DNA from: an uncultured Eubacteriales bacterium
GTDB taxonomy: Bacteria > Bacillota > Clostridia > Christensenellales > Pumilibacteraceae
Direction of reading: 5' to 3'
Length of the DNA: 30,076 nucleotides
Assembly (NCBI GenBank): GCA_900555875.1
Contig: USNB01000001.1
Location: 1 to 30,076, forward strand
How positions within the stretch are numbered: the stretch's first letter is position 1; each line of letters opens with the position of its first letter. Positions 8,260 through 17,356 of the stretch are shown one piece after another. The position numbers and the translations under genes are program-made. Below the pieces are notes generated by a model. That model ran no database searches. It saw nothing but the letters and a program-made list of their open reading frames with translations, and had not been told where the DNA came from.

Positions 8260-9921
8260 TTATTCAAGCGCAATGATGTAATAATACAGCGCCTGACCGC
8301 CGTTATGAACGTCTACGTCGCAATCCGGATATTTTTCGGCGATCTTTTCCGTGAGCGCGTTTGCCGTCGCTTCATCCGTCTTATATCCGTAATAAAGCGT
8401 GATCGTGCTTACATCGTCATTCATGAGACGACCGATTATGTCCTCTGCCACGGCTTCCGGCTCGCTTCCCTTGGCGATGATATTCTTGTCGTTGAGTCCT
8501 ATGATATCGCCTTCTTCGAGATCGAACCCGTCGATAGACGTTTTTCTCACTGCAAACGTGACGCTGCCTACTTTGACGGCCTGTCTCGCTTCTTCCATGT
8601 TCGCGAGATTATCGTCTACGGTATCCTGAGGATTGAACGCAAGAACGGCGCTAAGCCCCTGAGGAACGTTTACGGTGGGGACGACGTGTATATTGCGCTT
8701 GCTTATCTCTTTTGCCTGCTCTGCCGCAAGGATGATGTTCTTGTTGTTAGGAAAAACGAATATATCGGTCGCGTTGATCTTGTCGCATGCGTTTGCGATG
8801 TCGTCGGCACTCGGGTTCATCGTCTGTCCGCCCTCTATGATCTCGTCGACCATGAGATCCTTGAATATGGACGCCATTCCTTCGCCCGAACAAACGGATA
8901 CCATGCCGAAAGGTTTAAGCTCCGTTTCTTCCCGGTGAGCGAGGAGCACCCTGTTCTGTTCGAGCATGTTTTCGATCTTGATCCTGTCGAGCTCGCCGAG
9001 CTGAAGAGCGTAAGACAATGCCTGACCGGGATTGTTGGTATGAACGTGCACCTTGACCATGGAAAGGTCTCCTATCACGAGCACGCAGTCGCCTATCTCC
9101 ATGAGCTTATCGCGGAAATCGTCTATATCCGATTCCTTCGCGGTATCCTTCAGATTGATAACGAAGAATTCCGTGCAGTATGCGAATTCGATCGATTCGA
9201 GAGACGTAAGATCGGCATGGAATTGTTCGTAATTATTTGCGGGACGACCTTCCGCCGCCTTTTTGATGCTGTCGTCAAAGTCGAGGTTGACTTCTTCATT
9301 GCCGGCAAGACTGTTGTAAAACCCTTGAAAAACAATGAGAAGACCGCGGCCGCCTGCGTCTACGACGCCCGCTTTTTTAAGAACGGGAAGAAGCTCCGGC
9401 GTGAGCTTGAGCGCTTCCTCGCCCGCTTTCAGTACCGACGTGAAAAAGTCGAGAACATTGCCGTTGGAGCGTTTGGCGTATTTTGCCGCCTGTTCGCTCA
9501 TCATTCTTATGACCGTGAGTATAGTGCCTTCCTGGGGCTTCGTTACCGCTTTGTATGCTATCTCAACGCCTTTGTCCATCGCTGCGGCAAGATCCTTGAC
9601 GGTTATCTCGTCTCCGCAGCCGGCAAGGACCATCGTCATGCCTTTAAGTATCTGGCTGGTTATTACTCCGCTGTTGCCTCTGGCTCCTCTGAGCGCGCCC
9701 TTTGAAACGGCTTCGCAAAGCATATCTATATTATTGTTCGGACAAGCCGTTACTTCCTTTGCCGCAGATATGAGCGTGAGCGACATGTTCGTGCCCGTGT
9801 CGCCGTCGGGGACCGGGAACACATTCAGCGAGTCCACGTGTTGTTTATTATTGTCAAGAAGCTTGGCGCCGTTCAGGATCATCTTTCTGAGCGCTGCTCC
9901 GTTAATGGTTTTCAATGCCAT
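8260..9921 (-). CDS. fakA: DAK2-domain fatty acid kinase subunit A (YloV family)
   Basis: LNVFPVPDGDTGTNM, GARGNSGVI, VVDAGG, YCTEF, KVHVHT, GGQTMNPS, PNNKNI; GGAGG upstream of ATG at 9921. Confidence 0.94.
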   Translation of the reverse strand: MALKTINGAALRKMILNGAKLLDNNKQHVDSLNVFPVPDGDTGTNMSLTLISAAKEVTACPNNNIDMLCEAVSKGALRGARGNSGVITSQILKGMTMVLAGCGDEITVKDLAAAMDKGVEIAYKAVTKPQEGTILTVIRMMSEQAAKYAKRSNGNVLDFFTSVLKAGEEALKLTPELLPVLKKAGVVDAGGRGLLIVFQGFYNSLAGNEEVNLDFDDSIKKAAEGRPANNYEQFHADLTSLESIEFAYCTEFFVINLKDTAKESDIDDFRDKLMEIGDCVLVIGDLSMVKVHVHTNNPGQALSYALQLGELDRIKIENMLEQNRVLLAHREETELKPFGMVSVCSGEGMASIFKDLMVDEIIEGGQTMNPSADDIANACDKINATDIFVFPNNKNIILAAEQAKEISKRNIHVVPTVNVPQGLSAVLAFNPQDTVDDNLANMEEARQAVKVGSVTFAVRKTSIDGFDLEEGDIIGLNDKNIIAKGSEPEAVAEDIIGRLMNDDVSTITLYYGYKTDEATANALTEKIAEKYPDCDVDVHNGGQALYYYIIALE

Positions 9922-10055
9922 GATATAGTATATCCCTCCGTCTTGCATAACCGCTGCAAGTTTCAGAACCCATTGCAGTTACAGAAATATCCCGGACAGA
10001 AACATGAAAAAACAAAAGCGTATTTTTATTCCCGTCTGCCCGCAATACATATTCT

Positions 10056-10084
10056 ATTTTACTCCAAAGCGAAATAAAATGCAA
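10056..10084 (-). promoter_or_regulatory. Putative SigA promoter for fakA-recG
   Basis: TTGCAT (10084-10079), 17-bp spacer, TAAAAT (10061-10056). Confidence 0.6.
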
Positions 10085-10166
10085 GAGATTTTATCCGATT
10101 GACCGAATTTTAATACCGACTTTCGCTAAAATTTTTCGGAAAATTCAAAAACGTGCCGAAAATCAC

Positions 10167-10195
10167 TTGCATTTATTCCCCGTCGGTGATATAGT
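10167..10195 (+). promoter_or_regulatory. Putative SigA promoter for rpmB
   Basis: TTGCAT, 17-bp spacer, TATAGT with extended -10 TG. Confidence 0.7.
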
Positions 10196-10231
10196 ATTAC
10201 GGTAAAACGAAAACGGAGGCTAAGGCAAGTA

Positions 10232-10417
10232 ATGAGCAAGGTATGCGCACTGTGCGGAAAAGGAAGGACCGCAGGTAAGAACGTCAGCCACTCGAACAGA
10301 CACACCGTCAGATCTTTCAGCGCCAATGTCCACAAGATGAAGCTGGATATCAACGGACAGGTCAAGAGTGTATATGTATGCACTCGCTGCAAGAGAACGC
10401 TGAATAAAGAAGACTGA
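10232..10417 (+). CDS. rpmB: 50S ribosomal protein L28
   Basis: MSKVCALCGK...GKNVSHSNRHT...VCTRCKR; divergent from fakA as usual in Firmicutes. Confidence 0.97.
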   Translation: MSKVCALCGKGRTAGKNVSHSNRHTVRSFSANVHKMKLDINGQVKSVYVCTRCKRTLNKED

Positions 10418-10433
10418 TAAAACAAAATGATGC

Positions 10434-10466
10434 GACCGGCTCGGTAAGAGCCGGTCTTTCTTCTTT
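10434..10466 (+). terminator. Rho-independent terminator of rpmB
   Basis: GACCGGCTC-GGTAA-GAGCCGGTC followed by TTTCTTCTTT. Confidence 0.85.
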
Positions 10467-10555
10467 GTATTCCGCTATTTGCCGAGCCACGGAACGAATA
10501 TATTATTCTTCTGTGCCGTTGAACGTCTTGCTTCCCCGTTATGATGATTTTTAAT

Positions 10556-10600
10556 AAAAAAGCGGCAAAACCCCCGAATCCGCGCAGAATCCGGGGGTTT
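10556..10600 (-). terminator. Terminator downstream of the spoVM-like ORF
   Basis: Minus strand AAACCCCCGGATTCTGCGCGGATTCGGGGGTTTT followed by GCCGCTTTTT. Confidence 0.7.
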
Positions 10601-10631
10601 GATATCACCCATTCAAAATTTAGTTATTTTT

Positions 10632-10739
10632 TCATATGTTTGTGTCCGGTCGATCCGTTTTTCGTTTTTTTCTGTGCATGAGCAGTCTGAAAAGCGGACG
10701 GAATACGGCGGGCAGCTTTATGCATATGATCCTGGACAT
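10632..10739 (-). CDS. spoVM: SpoVM-like small sporulation peptide (35 aa)
   Basis: Manual translation MSRIICIKLPAVFRPLFRLLMHRKKRKTDRPDTNI*; GGAGGA SD; IKLP motif followed by an amphipathic segment; located between rpe and convergent rpmB as in B. subtilis. Confidence 0.8.
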   Translation of the reverse strand: MSRIICIKLPAVFRPLFRLLMHRKKRKTDRPDTNI

Positions 10740-10757
10740 AATGTTTCCTCCACTCCG

Positions 10758-10785
10758 AATATATGCCGATACTGCCCGTAATGTG
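10758..10785 (-). promoter_or_regulatory. Putative SigE/SigK (mother-cell) promoter of spoVM
   Basis: CACA (10785-10782), 16-bp spacer, CATATATT (10765-10758). Confidence 0.6.
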
Positions 10786-10790
10786 AAAAA

Positions 10791-11444
10791 TCAGATCCTG
10801 CCCTGAAACGTTGCTATGACTTTCTCGGGCGTGGGCGAATTGAACGCGCAGCTTCCCGACACGATGATGTCCGCGCCTGCCGCGGCTATCGCCGCAACAT
10901 TTGATTCGTTCGCGCCGCCGTCCATCTCTATTTCCGTTCTGAGCTTGTTCGCAGCGATGAACGACCTGAGCGCCTTAAGTTTATCCGTTGTTTCGGGGAT
11001 ATATTTTTGTCCGCTGAAACCGGGATGTACGCCCATGACTATAATGAAATCGCAGTATCCGAGAATGTCGAAGATACTTTCCGCCGGGGTTTCGGGGCAA
11101 ATGGCAATGCCTGCCTTGACATCTGCACTGCGGATGCGCTCGAGATTACCGAGGACGATATCGCTTGCTTCTGTATGAAAGCACAAACGGTCTGCTCCGG
11201 CTTCGATGAACTTATCGAGATATCGCTCCGGGCGATCTATCATAAGATGCACGTCCAGCGGAGTGGATGCGTATTTGCGTATATCTGCGACCATCTTGTG
11301 TCCGAACGTGAGATTTGGAACGAATATACCGTCCATTACGTCGCAATGGATCATGTCCGCGCCTGCGCGCTCCATTCTGACTACTTCCTCTCCCATACGG
11401 GCGAAATCTCCGCTCAGTATGGAAGGAGCAGCTTTAACAGCCAT
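10791..11444 (-). CDS. rpe: Ribulose-phosphate 3-epimerase
   Basis: APSILS, HCDVMDGIFVPNLTFG, DVHLMI, MGVHPGFSGQ, EMDGG. Confidence 0.96.
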   Translation of the reverse strand: MAVKAAPSILSGDFARMGEEVVRMERAGADMIHCDVMDGIFVPNLTFGHKMVADIRKYASTPLDVHLMIDRPERYLDKFIEAGADRLCFHTEASDIVLGNLERIRSADVKAGIAICPETPAESIFDILGYCDFIIVMGVHPGFSGQKYIPETTDKLKALRSFIAANKLRTEIEMDGGANESNVAAIAAAGADIIVSGSCAFNSPTPEKVIATFQGRI

Positions 11445-12483
11445 GATTGTCCTCCGTATCTTTTTTAACGTTTTCGATATATCTTCTTTTGAGCTGGCCG
11501 CATGCGCCTTCTATATCTTCGCCTAAAGAGCGTCTTATAGTGGCGGAGGCGCCAAGCTCGGTAAGTCTGTTCAAAAATTCTCTGCCTTCTTTGGCAGTCA
11601 CTCCGGGCAAGCCCGAATGAGTGTCGTTGAGCGGGATGAGATTTATGTGACAAGGAAAATTCTTGGTCAGTCTGCGCAGCTCCCGGGCGTCCTCTTCTCT
11701 TGTGTTTACGCCGCGCATCATGGCGTATTCCACGATCACCCGCCTGCCGCTTTTTCCGAAATAATATTTTGCGGCGCTCACGATCTCCGCGACTTTGTAT
11801 TTCCGTGCAGATGGCATGATGCGTGCTCTTATGTCGTCGAACGGCGAATGGAGCGAGAGACAGAGCGTGACGGAAAATCCGTCGTCGCCGAGCTGTCTGA
11901 TCTTATCGGTCAGTCCGCAGGTGGACAGAGATACGCTCCTTTGTCCGACTAATCCTGCCTCTGACATAAGGCGAATGAAGCGGGTGACGTTTTCGTAGTT
12001 GTCCAGCGGTTCGCCGCTTCCCATAAGCACAACGTTCCCCACCTTTTCGTCTTTCAGCGACGCATTCGCGCAGAGCAGTTCGGAGAGCATTTCTCCTGCA
12101 GAGAGATCCCTCTCCAGTCCGTTTCTTCCTGATGCGCAGAAAGCGCATCCCATGCGGCATCCGACCTGCGTGGAGACGCAGAGCGTTCTTCCGTATTTAT
12201 ATTTCATCAGTACGCCTTCGACGAGCGCGCCGTCATACAGCTCGTAAAGGAATTTTTTCGTACCGTCTTTCGACTCTGCCGTTTTGATTATTCTTGCGCC
12301 GATGTCCGAATATTTTTCCGACAGTTCTGTTCTCAGAGCGGCGGGGATATCTGTCATTCCGTCAAAACGCGTGCCGTTCATCAGCCATTTATATATCTGA
12401 CCGACACGGTATTTCGGAAGATCGCATATTACCGGAAGGGCGGACAGTTCTTCCTTTGTAAGATCCGTAAGCAAGGGTCTCAT
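11434..12483 (-). CDS. rlmN: 23S rRNA A2503 / tRNA C2-methyltransferase RlmN (radical SAM)
   Basis: DGTKKFL, CVSTQVGCRMGCAFC, MGSGEP, SLHS, GACGQL; ATG at 12483 overlaps the rsmB stop. Confidence 0.95.
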   Translation of the reverse strand: MRPLLTDLTKEELSALPVICDLPKYRVGQIYKWLMNGTRFDGMTDIPAALRTELSEKYSDIGARIIKTAESKDGTKKFLYELYDGALVEGVLMKYKYGRTLCVSTQVGCRMGCAFCASGRNGLERDLSAGEMLSELLCANASLKDEKVGNVVLMGSGEPLDNYENVTRFIRLMSEAGLVGQRSVSLSTCGLTDKIRQLGDDGFSVTLCLSLHSPFDDIRARIMPSARKYKVAEIVSAAKYYFGKSGRRVIVEYAMMRGVNTREEDARELRRLTKNFPCHINLIPLNDTHSGLPGVTAKEGREFLNRLTELGASATIRRSLGEDIEGACGQLKRRYIENVKKDTEDNHGC

Positions 12484-13751
12484 CTCTTCGTCCACCTCGC
12501 TATGTAAAATCCGTCGCATCCGTCCGTATCCGGGAAGAAGCGTATTTTTCCGTCAGATTCGGAACCTTTTCCTGATTTTTCGGTGACGGGGCGAAATCCA
12601 TCGTCCGTAGCAAGTTCACTCGTAACGCACTCGTTTTCGGCTTTTAATAATGAACACGTCGAATATACGAGCCTGCCTCCGGAGCGAACATATTGCGCTG
12701 CCGCAGAGAGTATGGCCCTCTGTACTTCGTTAAGCCTTTCGACATCGCCGTCCGATTTGCCGAGAAGTATGTCGGGGGACGTACACAGCAGCCCGCTGCC
12801 GGTGCACGGCACATCGCATACCACCAGATCGAATGAATTTATCCATTCGCTGCGGAGCTTAACTGCGTCGTTTACGACGGCTTCGATATTCTTCGATCTC
12901 ATTCTCGCGGAATACGCTTGTATGAGTTTTACTCTGTGCGGGTGGATGTCGCAAGCAGTGATCTTCGCTTTCGGCAGAAGCTCGGACATATATACGGACT
13001 TGCCGCCCGGGGCGGCACAGAGGTCGAGTATGCGCAGATCGCCGCTCAGCCCTGCCGTATATGCTTCGGCTGCGTACATCGATGACAGCGATTGCGCCGT
13101 AAATTCGTCGGGGCTAAGCGCCTTTAGTGTATTACGTGTGACATAATACCCGCGATCTGAAGGCAAAAATCCTGAAAATTTATTGATCTTATCTTCAAAA
13201 GCCTTTTCTGATATGACGATAGAATTGCGGCGGATATGCGTAAGATGCGGCAATTCTGCCCCGATGACGGATCTTGTACGCTCTGCTCCGAGATCGCCTA
13301 TCATGCGTTTTACCAGCCATTCGGGACGGCTGTACGCCACCGATATGGATAAGGCGTCGTCGCCTGCTTCCGGAAAAATCAATTTTGTCGAAGCGCGCAT
13401 CACGGCGTTGACGAATTTTTCGGTCCCGCGCATGCGAGTTTTCGCGAAGCTGACGTATTTGTTTGCTGCCGCATATACGGGCGTGCCGCCGAACAGCGAT
13501 TCGTACAGCGCAAGCTTGAGCAGTACGCCGAGCGCCGGTTTCGGAGGACGTGCGGTCAATCGGCCGACGGCGTAATCCAGCGCGACGCTTTTGTCGAGTA
13601 CCCCGTAAACGAGCGCCGTCGTCTTCGGCCTGTGCTGTTCGTGTACGCGGTCTAATGTCCGGTCAAGCTCCACGGAAGAATATGCGCCGCCTATGAGTAC
13701 TTTTTTCAGAACTTCATATGCGGCATTTTCCGCTTCGGGCAGCGTATTCAT
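12480..13751 (-). CDS. rsmB: 16S rRNA C967 m5C methyltransferase (Sun)
   Basis: NusB-like N-terminus, LDLCAAPGGKS, DVPCTGSG, YSTCSL; located after fmt. Confidence 0.92.
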   Translation of the reverse strand: MNTLPEAENAAYEVLKKVLIGGAYSSVELDRTLDRVHEQHRPKTTALVYGVLDKSVALDYAVGRLTARPPKPALGVLLKLALYESLFGGTPVYAAANKYVSFAKTRMRGTEKFVNAVMRASTKLIFPEAGDDALSISVAYSRPEWLVKRMIGDLGAERTRSVIGAELPHLTHIRRNSIVISEKAFEDKINKFSGFLPSDRGYYVTRNTLKALSPDEFTAQSLSSMYAAEAYTAGLSGDLRILDLCAAPGGKSVYMSELLPKAKITACDIHPHRVKLIQAYSARMRSKNIEAVVNDAVKLRSEWINSFDLVVCDVPCTGSGLLCTSPDILLGKSDGDVERLNEVQRAILSAAAQYVRSGGRLVYSTCSLLKAENECVTSELATDDGFRPVTEKSGKGSESDGKIRFFPDTDGCDGFYIARWTKR

Positions 13752-14671
13752 CCGAGCTTTTCTCCTTCTGTCATACGGCAACCGTTAAGGAAGTCGGCGC
13801 ATTTCATCCGCTTTTTTCCTTCAGCCTGCACCTCATCGAGAATGAGTAAACCGCTGCCGCAGCATACCGCTATCCCGTATTTGTCCGCTTTCCACACCGT
13901 GCCTGCCGGCAGATCCGTCCGTTCGCTGACGGGATGAGCGCGGTGGATCTTCAGTATTTTTCCGGAGCGGAACGTATAGGCGCCCGGCCACGGAGTGACT
14001 CCGCGAATGATGCGATCGATCTTTTCCGCGGGCAGCGTCCAGTCTATCAGCCCGTCGTTTTTCGTGAGCATGGGATAGTATGTTGCTTCCGCATCGTTCT
14101 GAGGCACGGGCACGATCTCGCCGCGTCCGAGCTTTTCAAGAAATTCAAGAAGAGCTTCCGTTCCGAGCTGCGATAATTTGTCAAGCAGCGAGGCGGATGT
14201 ATCGGTGTTTTCTATTGGTATTTTTTTGCACAGCAATATATCGCCCGTATCCAGCCCTTCGGCAGTCTGCATTATTGTGACCCCGGTCTCCTTCTCCCCG
14301 TTCATTATCGCTCTCTGCACGGGGCAGCTGCCGCGATATGCCGGGAGTAAGGAGGCATGTACATTTACGGTGCCGTATCTTGCGATACCGAGTATCTCTT
14401 TGCTGAGTATCTGTCCGTATGCCGCGGTGATAAATATATCGGCGCCGAACGAACGCAGTTCCGCCGCACCTTCCGTGCGTATTTTAGTGTACTGTCGTAC
14501 CGGCAGTCCCGCGCTTTCCGCGTATGTTTTTACGGGAGGAGGCGTCAGTTTGCCTCTGTCGCCGCGTTTATCCGGCTGCGTGACGACACATACGACTTCG
14601 TGTTCTGAGGCGCATAAACCTTCGAGTATCCGAAGCGCGAATTCCGGAGTTCCCATAAATACTATACGCAT
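13748..14671 (-). CDS. fmt: Methionyl-tRNA formyltransferase
   Basis: MRIVFMGTPEFA, VVTQPD, NVHASLLPAYRG, PWPGAY. Confidence 0.97.
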   Translation of the reverse strand: MRIVFMGTPEFALRILEGLCASEHEVVCVVTQPDKRGDRGKLTPPPVKTYAESAGLPVRQYTKIRTEGAAELRSFGADIFITAAYGQILSKEILGIARYGTVNVHASLLPAYRGSCPVQRAIMNGEKETGVTIMQTAEGLDTGDILLCKKIPIENTDTSASLLDKLSQLGTEALLEFLEKLGRGEIVPVPQNDAEATYYPMLTKNDGLIDWTLPAEKIDRIIRGVTPWPGAYTFRSGKILKIHRAHPVSERTDLPAGTVWKADKYGIAVCCGSGLLILDEVQAEGKKRMKCADFLNGCRMTEGEKLG

Positions 14672-14674
14672 TCG

Positions 14675-15127
14675 TCATCTCTCCTTTCTGACCAGCTTAT
14701 CGATAAAGAGCACGCCGTCGAGATGATCGAATTCATGACAGCATATGTTCGCAAGAAATCCCTCGGCTTTGAGCGTGAACGCTTTGCCGTGCCTGTCGTA
14801 TGCTCTGACTTCTATTTTCTTGGGACGTTCCACTTCGCCGTTTATCCCGGGTACGCTGAGGCAGCCTTCTTTACAGAGCTGTGAGCCCGAAGAGTTCACT
14901 ATCACGGGATTGACGAATTCATAGAACTTTTTGCCGTTGGGGCTGATCACTGCCACACGTTTGAGAACGCCCACCTGCGGACCTGCAAGTCCGACGCCGT
15001 CCGCATCGATCATCGTTTCTGCCATGTCGTCGAGAAGTGCGCCGAGCCGATCGTCGAACTCCGTTACTTCTTTGCATTTTTTACGGAGAATATCCTCTCC
15101 TATTTTTACTATCATTCTTTTTGCCAT
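14675..15127 (-). CDS. def: Peptide deformylase
   Basis: GVGLAGPQVG, EGCLS, HEFDHLDG. Confidence 0.97.
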   Translation of the reverse strand: MAKRMIVKIGEDILRKKCKEVTEFDDRLGALLDDMAETMIDADGVGLAGPQVGVLKRVAVISPNGKKFYEFVNPVIVNSSGSQLCKEGCLSVPGINGEVERPKKIEVRAYDRHGKAFTLKAEGFLANICCHEFDHLDGVLFIDKLVRKER

Positions 15128-15143
15128 TTGTATTTCCTTAAGA

Positions 15144-17354
15144 TCAAGAGAGTTTTATCGGATCGGTCTCTGCGTATGACGTTATGCCGGTTACGCGGCA
15201 TTCATCCACAGCGGTGTATATCATGTCCTCGATATCATCCGAATCGGGAGACAGTCTTGCGAGTATCTGCATGCGGTATTCGTCCATGATCTTTTTTAAC
15301 GGAGCGCGCATGTAAGCGAGATAAATGAATTTATCCGGCGCCTTTTCCTTTGCCGCGGATACTCTTTCATATATGTTTTTGAGTACGGAGGCGGCTTTTC
15401 CGTCGTCCGTTCCGCTTACGAGAACTCTTACGATCTTTGCGAACGGCGGGTACTTCGTCACTTCACGGAGATTGATCTCCTTTTTGTAAAATCCCTTATA
15501 ATCGCCTTTGCGCACATAATCGTATACGTAATGATTGGGGGTATATGTCTGAAGGATCACTTTACCCGGTCTGTCCGCTCTTCCCGCTCTCCCCGCGACC
15601 TGCGTCGTAAGCTGGAAAGTACGTTCAACGCTGCGGTAATCCGCGATATGCAGGCTCATGTCCGCGTCGAGTATCCCCACGAGAGTGACGTCGGGAAAAT
15701 CGTGTCCTTTCGCTATCATCTGCGTGCCTACGAGTATGTCGGCTTTTTTTGCCCCGAATTCTCCGAGTATGCGGGCATGAGCGCCTTTGGTACGCGTGCT
15801 GTCGTTATCCATTCGCAGCACTCCGGCGTCGGGAAACATATCGGAAAGCAGAGCGGCGACTTTTTCGGTGCCTATGTAGCCTTCTTTGATGAATTTGCTC
15901 CCGCATTCCGGACACTCTGTAAGCGGAGCGTACATATTGCCGCAATAATGGCACTTTAGTCTGTCTTCTTCGCGGTGATATACGAGCGAGACATCGCATC
16001 TTTCGCACTTCGCGACATATCCGCATGCCTTACACATCACGTAAGACGCATACCCGCGTCTGTTGAGAAAAAGCATTGCCTGATTGCCCTGCCCGAGGCA
16101 GTCTTTCAATTCCCGCACGAGTTCGTCCGAGAATATGGAACGGTTGCCTCTGAGAGCCTCTTTGCACATATTTACGATCCTGACTTCCGGGAGCGGGCGT
16201 TTGTTTACTCTTCCCGTCAGTTCGAGAAGATTCATTCGTCCCCGGGTCGCCGCATAATATGTCTCCATCGACGGAGTTGCGCTGCCGAGAACGAGATTTG
16301 CGCCGTTATAATCTCTACGCCATCCCGCGACAGTCGAGGTAAAATATCTCGGATTGCGTTCGGACACGTAGCTCTGGTCGTGCTCTTCGTCTATTATGAT
16401 TATGCCGATATTTTCGAGAGGCGCAAATATCGCGCTGCGTGCGCCGAGGACTACTTTCGCTTCGCCGGTCAGGCATTTGCGCCATTCGTCGAATTTTTCG
16501 CCCTGCCCCAATCCGCTGTGCAGTACGGCGACTTCGTCGCCGAATCTGTTGCGGAAATTACGCAGCATCTGCGGAGTGAGCGAGATCTCGGGAACGAGCA
16601 TGATCGCCGTCTTGCCCCTGTCGAGAGCAGTGCGGATGCACCGCATATACACTTCGGTTTTTCCGCTGCCCGTAACTCCGTGGAGCAGAAAGGTTTTCCC
16701 GCTGGACGAGTCTATCGCTTTGCATGCCGCGCGTTGCTCATCCGTAAGTTTTATGTCTGCGGGATCTTCATCCGCCGTCATATCCGCGTACGGCACCCGG
16801 CGTTTTTCCGCATCGGTTATTATCACTATCCCGCGTTCGGCAAAATTTCTGAGTGCGCTTGCGGAAAGTATTTTGTTGAGTTCGCTGACGTATTCGCCGT
16901 CGGGTTTGTCGATAGACAGATAGTCGTATAACTCTCTCTGCGCGATCGCGCCTTTTCTTATGAATTCGTCCGGATCGCGGTCCCTGTATTCGTCGGCAAG
17001 TACGGCAAGCTGTCTCGTAAGTTCCTTTACCCTGCCTCCCCGCATTGCCGCGGGGATGAAAAGCCGGAGGATATCGACACGGAGCAGATGCATTTTTGCG
17101 CGCATCTTATCCATGAGGTCGAACATTTCTTCCGTGATTATAGGCGTTTTGTCGAGGACGGACGATACTGCTTTTATCCTTTCGGATGGCACATCCGTGG
17201 AGGATTTGACGCCGATCACGAATCCCTCTTTGTGCATCCTGCCGAATGGCACGGATACGCGCATGCCTCGCTTTATATCAAAACCGCCGCAATCGTAGTC
17301 GAAAATGCGATCGACTTCTGCGGCAGCAATATCTATTATGACCTCGGCGTACAT
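15144..17354 (-). CDS. priA: Primosomal protein N' (replication restart helicase)
   Basis: GVTGSGKTEVY, VPEISLTPQ, DEEHD, four CxxC pairs, GTQMIAKGHDFP, QVAGRAGR. Confidence 0.97.
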   Translation of the reverse strand: MYAEVIIDIAAAEVDRIFDYDCGGFDIKRGMRVSVPFGRMHKEGFVIGVKSSTDVPSERIKAVSSVLDKTPIITEEMFDLMDKMRAKMHLLRVDILRLFIPAAMRGGRVKELTRQLAVLADEYRDRDPDEFIRKGAIAQRELYDYLSIDKPDGEYVSELNKILSASALRNFAERGIVIITDAEKRRVPYADMTADEDPADIKLTDEQRAACKAIDSSSGKTFLLHGVTGSGKTEVYMRCIRTALDRGKTAIMLVPEISLTPQMLRNFRNRFGDEVAVLHSGLGQGEKFDEWRKCLTGEAKVVLGARSAIFAPLENIGIIIIDEEHDQSYVSERNPRYFTSTVAGWRRDYNGANLVLGSATPSMETYYAATRGRMNLLELTGRVNKRPLPEVRIVNMCKEALRGNRSIFSDELVRELKDCLGQGNQAMLFLNRRGYASYVMCKACGYVAKCERCDVSLVYHREEDRLKCHYCGNMYAPLTECPECGSKFIKEGYIGTEKVAALLSDMFPDAGVLRMDNDSTRTKGAHARILGEFGAKKADILVGTQMIAKGHDFPDVTLVGILDADMSLHIADYRSVERTFQLTTQVAGRAGRADRPGKVILQTYTPNHYVYDYVRKGDYKGFYKKEINLREVTKYPPFAKIVRVLVSGTDDGKAASVLKNIYERVSAAKEKAPDKFIYLAYMRAPLKKIMDEYRMQILARLSPDSDDIEDMIYTAVDECRVTGITSYAETDPIKLS

Positions 17355-17356
17355 CT

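Noticed and set aside
8305..9705. 466-aa plus-strand ORF, and similar long antisense ORFs at 3424-4224, 15975-16931 and 20469-21338
   Set aside because: They lie entirely antisense to well-conserved genes and show no recognisable motifs; they are best explained as shadows of codon bias.
10467..10555. Gap between the convergent rpmB and spoVM terminators as a possible sRNA
   Set aside because: No promoter, structure or ORF with an SD could be identified.
10126..10781. ORFs at 10126-10608 (-) and 10599-10781 (+)
   Set aside because: They overlap rpmB and the spoVM-like unit on the opposite strand, cross terminators and resemble no known protein.
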